A DNA stretch of 57,992 nt from Saprospiraceae bacterium (GTDB lineage Bacteria; Bacteroidota; Bacteroidia; Chitinophagales; Saprospiraceae). Location of the stretch: positions 1 through 57,992 of the forward strand of contig JANQRV010000384.1 in NCBI GenBank assembly GCA_028284395.1, read 5' to 3'. The translations under genes and the position numbers were made by a program. Positions 28,638 through 39,349 of the stretch are shown here, piece after piece. Numbering within the stretch: the stretch's first letter is position 1; each line of letters opens with the position of its first letter. The notes beneath the pieces were generated by a model. It worked only from the letters and a program-made list of their open reading frames with translations, was not told the origin of the DNA and made no database searches.

Positions 28638-30344
28638 ATGTTACGCAAATTAATCAAGACAGGATTAATCCTCGTCCTCCTACCCCAAATCATGCAAAGC
28701 CAAATGAATCTTGAATGGCTCGAAGAATTGAAATCTAATGTGGTGAAAGTTTCGGGAGCTGAAAATGGATTTGGTTTTATCATTGGTGAAAATAAAGACC
28801 GCTTGTATCTGGCCACTGCTGCGCACGTCATTCTCGGCAAATATTTCGACACCAATCCTCCGGCTATCGGAGTAGAGTTTTATTCAGACCGTCGGATCTA
28901 CAATGCTACTATGATCTCCTTTTTCGAAGATTATGACCTTGCGTTGCTGGAAGCCCCTTTTCCGGTGGGTTCTGACTGGGAAATCAATTGCGTCGATTTC
29001 AATGCTTCCATCTATGAAGACGTACGCTTCATTGGTCGAAACGAGGACTGGGTGATCTCTCTCCCAGGCCAAATCAACCGGATTAATGTAGGCAATCTCT
29101 ATGCCGACATCATCGGGATTCAACCGGGTTGTTCAGGCGCGCCGTTGATCAACGGTGACGGCATCATTGGTCTGATCATTGAGCAGGACGGTGTGCAGGC
29201 TAGAGCGATCGACCTTAGTACTGTCCGCCAAGTGATCAATGGAGATCGCTACAATTATTTCACTCTTCAATCGGCCAAAAAGCAAGACTACAGCAACCAC
29301 CACGAGCAGGATGAGGACTACTTGGAGTTTCTCACCTGGAAGGCGGCAAAACAAAAGAATACGATTGCCGCTTACCGCAATTATACACGACAGTATCCCA
29401 ATGGGGTCAATGCTGAATTGGCGGATATTTTCATTGCCAGGCTTCAAAACAAAGAGCAACCTGACGAGGACCTTGCAGGGCTCGATTACGAAGCCATTCA
29501 GGAACGTACTTCAGACGATCCGTCAACCATCGAACCTGCACCTAACATTGCCGAAAACCCGGAGATGGACGAAGCCCAGTCAGGGGCAGTCACCGAAGGC
29601 GAGATGATCTTTGTACAATCGGGCAAGTTCATCATGGGATGTACCGAAGAACAAATCAACTGCGACCGCAATGAAATTGCCCATGAAGTGTTCCTCGACG
29701 ACTTCTTTATCAGTCGCTTTGAGGTTACCAATCAACAATTTGCAGAATTCCTGAACGAAGAAGGAAACCGGGAAGAAGAAGGAAAGACCTGGATTAATGA
29801 AAAAGCAGACTTTCTAAGAATAGAAATGATCAACGGCAAATATGCAGCCGTCAGGGGATTTGAAGATCACCCGGTAGTAGGGGTCAGTTGGAATGGAGCG
29901 AATGCCTTTTGCCGCTGGAAAACTAAAAAAACGGGGTACACCTATCGACTTCCCACTGAGGCTGAATGGGAATACGCGGCACGGGGTGGCCACTTGGCAA
30001 CGGCTACCCAATACGCTGGTGCAGAAAAATTGGAAGACGTTGGCTGGTTTGTCTCTAATTCCGATGGACAAACTCACCCCGTCGGCCAAAAAAGCCCAAA
30101 CGAACTGGGCATTTACGATATGAGCGGTAATGTCTGGGAGTGGTGTAATGACTGGTATGGTAGTGATTTTTACACGACGGGAGACACCAATAACCCCAAA
30201 GGACCATTGAAAGGAAACTACCGTAGTATCCGAGGGGGATCCTGGTACAACTTTGCTTGGATTTGTCGGGTAGGCCTACGATACAACAGCATCCCCAATG
30301 CCTATTTCAACAGTATTGGTTTTCGATGTGTAAAAATTCCATAG
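28638..30344 (+). CDS. Secreted fusion protein with an N-terminal trypsin-like serine protease domain and a C-terminal formylglycine-generating-enzyme (FGE/SUMF1) family domain
   Basis: Signal peptide. Catalytic triad context TAAHV (His), DLALL (Asp) and GCSGAPLI (Ser). The C-terminal 260 aa match the FGE-sulfatase fold (RLPTEAEWEYAARGG...GNVWEWCNDWY...IRGGSW...FRCV). Confidence 0.75.
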   Translation: MLRKLIKTGLILVLLPQIMQSQMNLEWLEELKSNVVKVSGAENGFGFIIGENKDRLYLATAAHVILGKYFDTNPPAIGVEFYSDRRIYNATMISFFEDYDLALLEAPFPVGSDWEINCVDFNASIYEDVRFIGRNEDWVISLPGQINRINVGNLYADIIGIQPGCSGAPLINGDGIIGLIIEQDGVQARAIDLSTVRQVINGDRYNYFTLQSAKKQDYSNHHEQDEDYLEFLTWKAAKQKNTIAAYRNYTRQYPNGVNAELADIFIARLQNKEQPDEDLAGLDYEAIQERTSDDPSTIEPAPNIAENPEMDEAQSGAVTEGEMIFVQSGKFIMGCTEEQINCDRNEIAHEVFLDDFFISRFEVTNQQFAEFLNEEGNREEEGKTWINEKADFLRIEMINGKYAAVRGFEDHPVVGVSWNGANAFCRWKTKKTGYTYRLPTEAEWEYAARGGHLATATQYAGAEKLEDVGWFVSNSDGQTHPVGQKSPNELGIYDMSGNVWEWCNDWYGSDFYTTGDTNNPKGPLKGNYRSIRGGSWYNFAWICRVGLRYNSIPNAYFNSIGFRCVKIP

Positions 30345-30504
30345 TCGAAAACTCCTGGAAATTCTTTTGATCATCCATTTACCACCACCTTGCATAATCT
30401 CCTTAACTCATTTTGGTATATAGCGTAATCAGTCGGCACCAACTTACTCGAAGCGACAAGTGCCTGGCGTCACCGAAATGACTATGGGTTCTGTTTTGAA
30501 CTTT

Positions 30505-30700
30505 GGATGCTAGGGATGCTGTGGATGCTATAGACGCTATTGCTACTGTGGATGCTATAGAAGCAATAGAAACAATAGAAGCAATTAGAAGCAATTAGAA
30601 GCAATAGAAACAATAGAAGCAATAGAAGCAATAGAAACAATAGAAACAATAGAAACAATAGAAACAATAGAAGCAATAGAAGCAATAGAAGCAATAGATG
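30505..30700. repeat. Tandem repeat, about 22 copies of a 9 bp unit (GAAGCAATA / GAAACAATA / GGATGCTAT variants, two 10 bp units), intergenic between convergent genes
   Basis: The periodicity is directly visible. The minus-strand poly-Leu ORF 30482..30694 and ORF 30403..30594 are artefacts of the repeat. Confidence 0.9.
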
Positions 30701-30731
30701 AACCTCTCAAAACTCAATTCCAAAAACAAGT

Positions 30732-31910
30732 CTATAAGAACAAACGACGGATAACCCACATGACGCTAACCAACCAAAAAGCCGCCAGAAGGTAAAAGAC
30801 CGTGCGCTGATTATGATAAAAATTCAACAAGAGCGTGGGTTTAATCGAATTGATTTGCCCGGCATATCCCGCTCTTACATCTTTTGCCTTACCGGTCAAT
30901 TCAAAGGAAATATTATCGCCATCCTTACCAAAGGAAATCAGGCCGTTTTCGAGTCCTTCAACCGCAAGGTACTCTCGTTCCTCCAGCGAATCCACAATGT
31001 TTCCAAACCCAACCTGGCCGGATAATATGGCCGACTGTAGAACACTTTGCTCGATCGACTTCTCATAGGCAAAGAACATATTGTCGATCGGCAATCGCTC
31101 AAAATTGATTCCACAAGGAGGACATCCGAGAAAACGAAACTCCGATGCCGTAGACGAATTGAAAGTAAATATTTGGGGAGGCCCTTCCGTACCAACTTGA
31201 ATGGTGGTATCCCAGCCAATGGGATCTACAAATATTTCTGCATTGCTCAGCTCCAGTTTGCCCTCCTCAATTTGGCCTTCGAGCAGGCTCAGCTGCAATT
31301 CGTCTTCCATAGCGGTGAATGCGATCTTATCAAAAGCCTGCAATTCCAATCGATCCAACTTCAAAGAATCACCGGCAGCGATTAGGTCCACTGGTTCATA
31401 CTCCGTAGCTTTGAACACTCTACCTAATCCTGCTGCCCGATTCAAATTATAAGCTTCGAATTGCTCAAGGTATAAATCGAAATCAATGTTTGCATCTTCT
31501 AAAAGCCGAAACTGGAGATAATCCACATCTGCCGTAATTGCCAAATCGACCGTTGGCACGGGCGTGAATGCGGCTGCCAATAGTCCGATACTGATTACTG
31601 CTACCAGCAGTGGTAGGAGCACCTTTCTTTTCCTTTCGGCCTTGGCCTTCCTACTGTTTCGTTTATTCTGAGTTTCATTAACAATATCGAGTAAAGACCG
31701 ACGCAGTCTTGCAGTAGCAATTTCCAACTCCTGGTTGGATGCCGTATACTGAAGCCTTTTATCTTCCAGTTCTCTTAGTTTTGCATACTGCAAGGCAGCC
31801 ATATCCGAGATATCCTGCCGGTTGTGATGCGCTGCCCATTCTTCCAGATGATGGATGACTTCCGATGTTCGATCCTCAGCAATTAGCTTTCGAAGTTGGT
31901 CGATGTTCAT
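30732..31910 (-). CDS. Hypothetical bitopic membrane protein. It has an N-terminal cytoplasmic helical domain of about 95 aa, a TM helix, an extracytoplasmic domain of about 270 aa (with GCPPCG) and a C-terminal TM anchor.
   Basis: Topology inferred from the hydrophobic segments VLLPLLVAVISIGLLAAAF and VFYLLAAFWLVSVMWVI. The N-terminus (MNIDQLRKLIAEDRTSEVIHHLEEW) resembles short helical N-terminal modules. Confidence 0.45.
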   Translation of the reverse strand: MNIDQLRKLIAEDRTSEVIHHLEEWAAHHNRQDISDMAALQYAKLRELEDKRLQYTASNQELEIATARLRRSLLDIVNETQNKRNSRKAKAERKRKVLLPLLVAVISIGLLAAAFTPVPTVDLAITADVDYLQFRLLEDANIDFDLYLEQFEAYNLNRAAGLGRVFKATEYEPVDLIAAGDSLKLDRLELQAFDKIAFTAMEDELQLSLLEGQIEEGKLELSNAEIFVDPIGWDTTIQVGTEGPPQIFTFNSSTASEFRFLGCPPCGINFERLPIDNMFFAYEKSIEQSVLQSAILSGQVGFGNIVDSLEEREYLAVEGLENGLISFGKDGDNISFELTGKAKDVRAGYAGQINSIKPTLLLNFYHNQRTVFYLLAAFWLVSVMWVIRRLFL

Positions 31911-31947
31911 TTAAAGATATTTAGTTGTACATATTCGGTTCTAGACG

Positions 31948-32673
31948 CTAGACCTTCACGTTGAGCCGCTTAGTGACCCATTGCGTGCTGTTGTACTTGC
32001 GTGCTTTAATTTCGATAACATGTTCTCCCTTTAGATTCTCAGGAAGCTGGATCTTAATTGGCATTCCACTTGGGTAATTTCTTCTGGCACCGGATAATTT
32101 CACTTCCTCTCCATTGTCGAGGCTGTACCGTACATCCGTTACCCTGGAATTACAAATGATCTTGATGATCGGCTGAGAAGTAGATTCATACTTCGCCACT
32201 TTTGTCGAAGTAGACAAAGGGGTGTAAACCTTCTTGTCATCTGCTTCATAATAGCCCAAAACCCCAATATTCCTGGACAACTGCGTCCGGGGGTTTTTGA
32301 TCAACACATCCGAAGCTTTCCAAACCTGGGAAGCTCCTTCCGGAGAGATCTGTGCATCCATGCGATAGAACAGATCTTTGGGAATTCCCAACGCCGTAAT
32401 GTTTAAAGGAGCCGGCGTTTTCTCCTTTGAAGCAATCGTAATTACTTCTTCCGAATCAGCAGCGAAAATGAAGTTGCCCCGGGTAAAACTTACTACTTCC
32501 ATATTGGCTAACCCAATCTTGGCCGTGTAAAACCCTTCGCAACGATTATCACCTCTCTCCTGATAACTTAGCGTCGAATTGGCACTAGGTTTGATGTCAG
32601 GATTGCATTGAGCAATAACCTTCTGAGCACCATAACTCAGAAACATAACCGCTGTCACAATAATTAATTTCAT
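31948..32673 (-). CDS. Secreted hypothetical protein (signal peptide), likely co-transcribed with the downstream membrane protein
   Basis: 241 aa with the signal peptide MKLIIVTAVMFLSYGAQKVIAQ. It ends 37 bp before the next gene on the same strand. Confidence 0.45.
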   Translation of the reverse strand: MKLIIVTAVMFLSYGAQKVIAQCNPDIKPSANSTLSYQERGDNRCEGFYTAKIGLANMEVVSFTRGNFIFAADSEEVITIASKEKTPAPLNITALGIPKDLFYRMDAQISPEGASQVWKASDVLIKNPRTQLSRNIGVLGYYEADDKKVYTPLSTSTKVAKYESTSQPIIKIICNSRVTDVRYSLDNGEEVKLSGARRNYPSGMPIKIQLPENLKGEHVIEIKARKYNSTQWVTKRLNVKV

Positions 32674-33012
32674 TAGGCAAAATTTTGAGAAAAATTAATT
32701 AATGAAAACTTGAAAATAAGTGAATGTGGAAAAGCCGGAGTGACAGTAACTGTCACCCCGATTCACATTCAATTATGACGATTATATAACTAAGAATTGG
32801 ACTTTGATAGCTTGATTATTCTTATGGTTGAAAACCGGATAACCAGGTTTTCTGTATTGTTAAATAGATAGCCCATAAGCACTACTCCACTGGTAAATGG
32901 GGTAATAATCAAAGCTTTTGTGAAATGGCTTTTGCTGATTATTGGAGCCGAAATTCTTAATTGTGGTTTTCCAGCATAATTAAAACCTTATGCTCCGAAT
33001 GATGATGTATTA

Positions 33013-35124
33013 CTACATCTTAACTTTTATGATCTCTTGCGAGAAAGATCCTTCCTGACCAGTAAGTGTGACCACCAACAGGCCCGCGGGAAGATCCGGC
33101 TCGTTTATCGTAATTTTATTGACTCCTTTGTTCAGTGATTGATCGATTACCTTAATGGTTTTTCCAAAGCGATCATTAATTCTGATTAATCCCTCGTAGG
33201 CCTGTCCAGCTGCGAAGACCACATCAAATGTGCCTGCCGTCGGATTTGGGAAACAGTTGAACTGATGATCGATCAACGGAATGTATTCTTCGTAATCGGT
33301 ATCAGATAATCCAAGCAATTCTTCCAAGCCTAAGTCGGCAATTGCAGCCCTAATCTCCGGAGTAAAATCACTGAATGATTCGCGAAATTCAAAAGTCTCC
33401 AAGCGAGCGGCGATCATACTCCCGTCCACATCTCCCATTTTGACGGCATCAAATCCCGAACGTCCGTCTAATCCATCCGCTATAACTTGCAGCCATTCGG
33501 GACGAACAAATGGCACCTCATTTTCAAAAGTTTGGCCATCGATGGCCATGTTAAAAGGGTCTTTGTGGAATGCCCTTTGATATTCGTTGACAATTTGCTC
33601 GGGTATAAACAACCAGGGAGTGTCATAATTGGGAAATAACTCCTTCTCTCCTATGATCATATCTCTAAGAGCCAAGGCATCATCGATGGTAATTTGTCCA
33701 TCTCGATTAATATCTGCCGCAATCTGACGGTATCCATTCAATCTTCGGTAATGGTAGATGTGGTATACGATCGAAAGTACATCACGGATATCCACCCCTT
33801 CCAACCATTCTTCCTTTGCGTAATCCTCCATACCCGTTCGCCCAATTTTGGCAATGTTCTCCACGATGACTGCATCGTCGTATAGAATGCCTTGAAATTT
33901 TCCTTCTGAATTCGTTGTAGCATTGCAATGCCTGCGTTCTGAACCGGGGTGACGAAATTTGATCTTCACGTTTTCCAAACCTGCATCACTGTTTTCCAAT
34001 TGCACAAAATCCTGGATGTTAACCCGGTCCATACTATATTGACGTCTCCGGTAAATATGATGGTAAAAAGACATTCGTTTGTATTGTCCGGGAGTAAACT
34101 CTTGCCTGCATTTACCCGTGTAGGACATGAAGTTTCTCACCATTACCGTCGCGTTCTGGATGGTATCTCCATTGTAGTCAACATAATTACCAATGTAGAT
34201 ACACTCGTCCGGATCATATAGGCACCCGCTGTAACAGCTACCCATGGTACTGTAAGACTTACACATCGGGTCATTCCAATCGGGAAAATCCATTTTCGCA
34301 GACGTAGCGCAAGATGCCGGTGTGTCTTCTACGAAGTCACCCGCAACATCCGCATTGTAGAATGGAAAATTCTTCTCGCCGGCAACGGCATTATCCCGAA
34401 TCACCAATTCTCTTTTAAAAAAGTTGGTGCTGTTACGATCGGGATTGTCCGAATGTCGATGCACCGAGTTGGGCACATTGGTCAAAGGGTCTTTTGGATT
34501 ATCGTATAGCCTCGCTCCTTCAAAAGTGTGGAACAAACCAAAGCTATGTCCCAACTCATGTGGAAAAGTAGCATTTAAAAGCTCATTACTGCTCCTCAAC
34601 CACAAAGTATTGCTGAAATTACGATCAGCTGGTAAACCATTCGGCATATTCGCCGACCCATTTACTCCGTTGTTTATCAAACCACCAATCACGATATTGA
34701 GCGCACTGCTGACGTAGGTAAACTGACGATAAGGAGCAATGAGTTTTCGAACTTCCGTATTATCTATAAAATGCAGATCGCCCACTTGCACAAAATTGAA
34801 CCCTATCGGCTGGAAAATTTCATTGACATTTTCCAAAGCCTGATCGATCAATTCCTGACTGACCGGGGCAGCATCGATGCCGTTGAATGTCTCTGTACCG
34901 TCGTCATTTCTCAATACAGTAAAGAAGACTGGGACATCATGCTGTTCCTCGCCGGAACGAATTGCTATCATATTTTTTATCGGAGCTAAATGGGAGCGAT
35001 ATTCTTCAATTAATGCATCATCAGAAATGTGAGCACTACATTCTTCAGAAATCTGGCTCATGAGATTACTGGAGAATAAGACAAAAAATAGCAAGGCACT
35101 TGAATAGGTCAGTGTTACTTTCAT
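33013..35124 (-). CDS. M43-family (cytophagalysin/pappalysin-like) zinc metallopeptidase with a dockerin-like Ca-binding repeat and a T9SS C-terminal sorting domain
   Basis: HELGHSFGLFHTFE zinc-binding motif. DINRDGQITIDDALALRD dockerin-like repeat. C-terminus CFPNPTAGTFDVVF...IIKVKM typical of the Por secretion tail. The start is taken at the internal MKVTLTY (35124) with a signal peptide. Confidence 0.8.
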   Translation of the reverse strand: MKVTLTYSSALLFFVLFSSNLMSQISEECSAHISDDALIEEYRSHLAPIKNMIAIRSGEEQHDVPVFFTVLRNDDGTETFNGIDAAPVSQELIDQALENVNEIFQPIGFNFVQVGDLHFIDNTEVRKLIAPYRQFTYVSSALNIVIGGLINNGVNGSANMPNGLPADRNFSNTLWLRSSNELLNATFPHELGHSFGLFHTFEGARLYDNPKDPLTNVPNSVHRHSDNPDRNSTNFFKRELVIRDNAVAGEKNFPFYNADVAGDFVEDTPASCATSAKMDFPDWNDPMCKSYSTMGSCYSGCLYDPDECIYIGNYVDYNGDTIQNATVMVRNFMSYTGKCRQEFTPGQYKRMSFYHHIYRRRQYSMDRVNIQDFVQLENSDAGLENVKIKFRHPGSERRHCNATTNSEGKFQGILYDDAVIVENIAKIGRTGMEDYAKEEWLEGVDIRDVLSIVYHIYHYRRLNGYRQIAADINRDGQITIDDALALRDMIIGEKELFPNYDTPWLFIPEQIVNEYQRAFHKDPFNMAIDGQTFENEVPFVRPEWLQVIADGLDGRSGFDAVKMGDVDGSMIAARLETFEFRESFSDFTPEIRAAIADLGLEELLGLSDTDYEEYIPLIDHQFNCFPNPTAGTFDVVFAAGQAYEGLIRINDRFGKTIKVIDQSLNKGVNKITINEPDLPAGLLVVTLTGQEGSFSQEIIKVKM

Positions 35125-35717
35125 ATCCAAAAAAAATTGAAAGGCGTTAAAAACAGATTGCTTAGCTAGACGATTAATACAGCACAAACAAGGAGCCTTG
35201 CTCCCAATGTTCTGAGCCAATTAGTATGCAAACTAATAGCTGTTCTCTAACACAAAGTGAAGTTGTGAATTTGTTGAAATTGCCTGTAGGACTATTGTTA
35301 GTGTTATAGTGCTCCGGCGAAGATTAGATAAAATGTCAATGCTCGGATCAAAGATCCAGATGAAATTGACAAAACCGGAAAAGTGAAGTTCGATAGTTTG
35401 TTGGTCGAGAATTAGAAGACATTTTAGATAGTCGATAGCATTTTCAGACAGATTGGATATATATGAAAAGCAAGAAGTTGTTAACTTATTGGAGGGTGAA
35501 AATTTTGGCTTCTTATTTTTAATACATTGGCAATGTCTACATTTTTGATCTTTTTATTGGATGCAAATTTCCATTTCTGTGACATGAACCCTATTCAAAT
35601 TTACTAAATTAAAGTTTATAAAAAACTTAAAAACAGACACTTAAATCAAAAAATCAATACTCTTTGTATTCAGAGGTATGAACACCTTTTAATCTCTCAC
35701 CCCGGGTAATGAGTTGC

Positions 35718-35758
35718 AAAAAAGAATCCCTAAAACGCAGATTATCTGCACTTTAGGG
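35718..35758 (-). terminator. Candidate rho-independent terminator for the sdhCAB operon (minus strand)
   Basis: Inverted repeat CCCTAAA...TTTAGGG with an inner GCAG/CTGC stem at 35728-35758, followed on the minus strand by a U-run (plus-strand A-run 35718-35723). It lies about 70 nt beyond the sdhB stop. Confidence 0.45.
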
Positions 35759-35826
35759 AAACTTGACCGGATCTAACGAGTTTTTTCCTCAAAAAAAAAT
35801 TTCAAGGAAGGAACATCTTTGAACAA

Positions 35827-36558
35827 CTAGATTGCCCGAATAAACTCGTTGTTCATCTTGTTGATATTTGTCACGGAGATTTCTTTGGGGCATTCTGCCT
35901 CACAAGCCGTTACATTAGAGCATGCGCCAAAGCCTTCTTCATCCATTTGATTCACCATATTACGTACCCGCTCCCTGCGCTCTACCTGCCCCTGAGGGAC
36001 TAATGCAAGATGAGTAACCTTGGCGGAAGTAAAGAGCATCGCCGAAGAATTAGGGCATGCAGCAACACAGGCCCCACAACCAATACAAGTAGCAGAATCA
36101 AAAGCGTGCGAAGCTACATTTTTCCCGATCGGGATATCGTTGGCCTCTGGCGCCTGTCCGGTGTTCACTGAAATATATCCTCCGGCCTGGATGATGCGGT
36201 CGAAGGCCGAGCGATCCACTACCAAATCTTTGACAATTGGGAAAGCCTTAGCTCGGAAAGGTTCGATAACGATGGTATCGCCATCTTTAAAATGCCGCAT
36301 GTGAAGCTGACAGGTAGTTGTTCCTTGAACGGGGCCGTGCGGTAGTCCATTGATCACCATGCTGCAGGCACCACAAATACCTTCCCGGCAATCGTGCTCG
36401 AATGCTACCGGATCCTTTTTATCGGTAATTAAATCTTCGTTCAAAACATCCAGCATTTCCAGAAAGGACATGTGCTCATCCGCCTCTACCTGATACGTCT
36501 CGAGCTTACCTTTTTGGTTATTGTTTTTCTGACGCCATATTTTTAAGGTCAATTTCAT
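35827..36558 (-). CDS. sdhB: Succinate dehydrogenase / fumarate reductase iron-sulfur subunit
   Basis: 2Fe-2S ([11 protein letters not shown]), 4Fe-4S and 3Fe-4S cysteine clusters ([24 protein letters not shown]). Confidence 0.9.
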   Translation of the reverse strand: MKLTLKIWRQKNNNQKGKLETYQVEADEHMSFLEMLDVLNEDLITDKKDPVAFEHDCREGICGACSMVINGLPHGPVQGTTTCQLHMRHFKDGDTIVIEPFRAKAFPIVKDLVVDRSAFDRIIQAGGYISVNTGQAPEANDIPIGKNVASHAFDSATCIGCGACVAACPNSSAMLFTSAKVTHLALVPQGQVERRERVRNMVNQMDEEGFGACSNVTACEAECPKEISVTNINKMNNEFIRAI

Positions 36559-36621
36559 CTCTTCAGAATTTTTAAGTCTTAATAATAGATCACCATGGTC
36601 GCGGAAGCCTTCCGTACCGAC

Positions 36622-38622
36622 TTACTTATATGATCTAGTTTTTAATTCAACATTGTTAAACTCCAATTCTTCTTTGTGCAACTTCGGATCTTCTTCCACG
36701 TTTGGCCATTCCCAAGCAGCAACATAGAGATAGTCTTTATCATTTCTCGTTGCCTCCCCTTCTTCCGTTTGATATTCTTCGCGGAAGTGGCCGCCACAGG
36801 ACTCGTTGCGATCTAAGGCATCGACGATCATGAGCTCACCTAGCTCGATAAAGTCGGCCACGCGGGTTGCTTTTTCGAGTTCCGGATTGAAAGTGTCTAT
36901 TTCGCCCGGTACGAAGACATTCTCATAAAATTCAGCTCTGAGCTCCTGGACCATCTTACGGGCTTTCTTCAAACCTTCAGCATTTCGACTCATTCCGCAG
37001 TACTCCCAGATAATCTTACCTAGCTCACGGTGGAAAGTTTCTACGGACTTATTTCCTTTGATATCGACAAACTGCTGCAGACTGTTTCTGACATTGTTTT
37101 CGGCATCTTCAAACTCCGGAGCATTGACGTCCGTTTTTGGCGTTCGGATTTCCTTCGACAGGAAGTCTCCAATGGTATAGGGCAATACAAAATAACCATC
37201 GGCCAGTCCCTGCATTAGCGCTGATGCCCCCAGTCGATTGGCTCCGTGATCAGAGAAATTGCATTCACCAACTGCGAATAATCCGGGAACATTCGTTTCT
37301 AAGTTATAATCGACCCATAGCCCACCCATCGTGTAGTGAACGGCGGGATAAATCTTCATGGGTACCTCATAGGGATTCTCGCCGCTGATTTTTTCGTACA
37401 TCTGGAATAGATTGCCGTATTTTTCGGCAATGACCTCCTTACCCAATCGGCTGATCTCTGATGCCGAAGCATTCGATAAACCTTGCGCATGTGCGGCAGA
37501 AGTACCATACCTGTTAATGGCAGAGGTAAAATCCAGGAAGACTGCCAGACCAGTGGAATTGACTCCATAACCATCATCACATACCTTCTTCGCAGCTCTG
37601 GAAGCCACATCTCGGGGAACGAGGTTACCAAAAGCGGGATATCGACGTTCCAAATAATAATCCCGGTCTTCCTCGGCAATATCCACTGCTTTCTTGGTGC
37701 GATTTCTGATGGCCTCAACGTCGGCTTTATGCTTGGGCACCCACACCCGTCCGTCATTCCGAAGCGACTCCGACATTAGGGTTAATTTGGATTGGTAGTC
37801 ACCGGATACCGGAATACAAGTTGGATGAATTTGTGTAAAACAGGGATTGGCCATTAAAGCCCCCCGTTTGACGGCTTTCCACGCCGCAGTAACATTCGAA
37901 CCCATTGCGTTGGTCGACAAATAGAAAACATTGCCGTAGCCGCCAGTGGCCAATACCACACAGTGGGCTCCAAAACGTTGAATCTCCCCGGTTAACAAAT
38001 TGCGAGCGATAATCCCTCTCGCCTTTCCATCTACCAAGACGACATCCAACATTTCGTGCCGATTATACATTTCGACGCTACCGGTAGCAACTTCCTTAGA
38101 CAATGCCTGGTAGGCCCCGAGCAACAATTGTTGTCCGGTTTGTCCCCGAGCATAAAACGTCCTGGAGACCAGCACCCCTCCAAAAGAACGATTCGACAGA
38201 AGCCCCCCGTATTCACGGGCAAAAGGCACACCCTGTGCTACACATTGGTCGATGATATCAACACTGACCTCCGCCAGGCGGTGCACATTTGCTTCCCGAG
38301 AGCGATAGTCTCCCCCCTTGATGGTGTCGTAAAACAAGCGATATATACTGTCTCCGTCATTGCGATAATTCTTGGCGGCATTGATGCCACCCTGAGCGGC
38401 AATACTGTGCGCCCTTCTCGGGCTATCGTGAAAGGAAAAGCATTTCACTTTGTATCCCAATTCACCGAGCGTGGCCGCCGCCGAAGCGCCGGCAAGGCCA
38501 GTACCCACTACGATGATTTCTATATTCTTTTTATTCCCGGGGCCGACCAGTGGCATCGTGCCTCGATAGTTAATCCATTTTTCTTCTAAGGTCCCTTGAG
38601 GAACTTTTCCGTCTAGTTTCAT
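36622..38622 (-). CDS. sdhA: Succinate dehydrogenase / fumarate reductase flavoprotein subunit (Bacteroidetes long form)
   Basis: N-terminal FAD-binding GxGxAG ([14 protein letters not shown]). The covalent-FAD histidine context ([15 protein letters not shown]). 666 aa. Confidence 0.9.
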   Translation of the reverse strand: MKLDGKVPQGTLEEKWINYRGTMPLVGPGNKKNIEIIVVGTGLAGASAAATLGELGYKVKCFSFHDSPRRAHSIAAQGGINAAKNYRNDGDSIYRLFYDTIKGGDYRSREANVHRLAEVSVDIIDQCVAQGVPFAREYGGLLSNRSFGGVLVSRTFYARGQTGQQLLLGAYQALSKEVATGSVEMYNRHEMLDVVLVDGKARGIIARNLLTGEIQRFGAHCVVLATGGYGNVFYLSTNAMGSNVTAAWKAVKRGALMANPCFTQIHPTCIPVSGDYQSKLTLMSESLRNDGRVWVPKHKADVEAIRNRTKKAVDIAEEDRDYYLERRYPAFGNLVPRDVASRAAKKVCDDGYGVNSTGLAVFLDFTSAINRYGTSAAHAQGLSNASASEISRLGKEVIAEKYGNLFQMYEKISGENPYEVPMKIYPAVHYTMGGLWVDYNLETNVPGLFAVGECNFSDHGANRLGASALMQGLADGYFVLPYTIGDFLSKEIRTPKTDVNAPEFEDAENNVRNSLQQFVDIKGNKSVETFHRELGKIIWEYCGMSRNAEGLKKARKMVQELRAEFYENVFVPGEIDTFNPELEKATRVADFIELGELMIVDALDRNESCGGHFREEYQTEEGEATRNDKDYLYVAAWEWPNVEEDPKLHKEELEFNNVELKTRSYK

Positions 38623-38647
38623 AAGTCAATAAATTTTAAAGTTCCGT

Positions 38648-39349
38648 TTAGAAAATTCCTATTGATTTCAAATACATCACCAGTGGTATGATGGCAAAAC
38701 CGATCGGCACCAATATCGAATAAATCATACCAACATAATTAATGATGATCCCGTACTTATTCAGATAAAGCCCCAGTGTCTGAAATGCGCTTTGGAAACC
38801 GTGCCACAGGTGGGCTCCGACCACTGCCATTGATACAACATAAAAGATGACAAAACCGATGTTGGAATAAGCCAGTGCTACTATTTCATACAAATCCTTT
38901 ACTTCAACTCCGTCGTAAGTAGCCATGTTCACCGCACCAATCTTCATTTTAAACCAAAATTGATACAAATGGATCAAAATAAAGATGAAAATGATGGTAC
39001 CGATCCAACCCATATTTTTTGCAATGCTTGCATTTTTGGTTCCACCTCTTGTGACATTGACAGCGTACTTTTGCCCACCGCGTGCCTTTTTATTCTGGCG
39101 CCACAACAACCAACCTTGAATGGCGTGCAATAAAATGGAAGCATAGAGCAGATAAGAAACCGATTTGATCAAGGGGTCAGAGGTCATTTTTTTCGCATAT
39201 AAATTAAATGCTTCGCCACCATCGTCAAATAACAGCTGAAGGTTACCGACCAGGTGGATCACAAGGAAGAGCATCAGGAATAATCCCGTCAGACTCATTA
39301 TTACCTTTCGACCAATCGAGGAGGTAAGAAAATTTGTAAGCCAGTTCAT
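38648..39349 (-). CDS. sdhC: Succinate dehydrogenase cytochrome b subunit (FrdC-type, 5 TM)
   Basis: Polytopic membrane protein with conserved His residues. It is the first gene of the sdhCAB order typical of Bacteroidota. Confidence 0.8.
   Translation of the reverse strand: MNWLTNFLTSSIGRKVIMSLTGLFLMLFLVIHLVGNLQLLFDDGGEAFNLYAKKMTSDPLIKSVSYLLYASILLHAIQGWLLWRQNKKARGGQKYAVNVTRGGTKNASIAKNMGWIGTIIFIFILIHLYQFWFKMKIGAVNMATYDGVEVKDLYEIVALAYSNIGFVIFYVVSMAVVGAHLWHGFQSAFQTLGLYLNKYGIIINYVGMIYSILVPIGFAIIPLVMYLKSIGIF

Noticed and set aside
30403-30694. Minus-strand ORFs 30403..30594 and 30482..30694 (poly-Leu/Phe)
   Set aside because: They are direct translations of the 9 bp tandem repeat. The sequence is pure low complexity with no start context. 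They lie in the convergent intergenic region.
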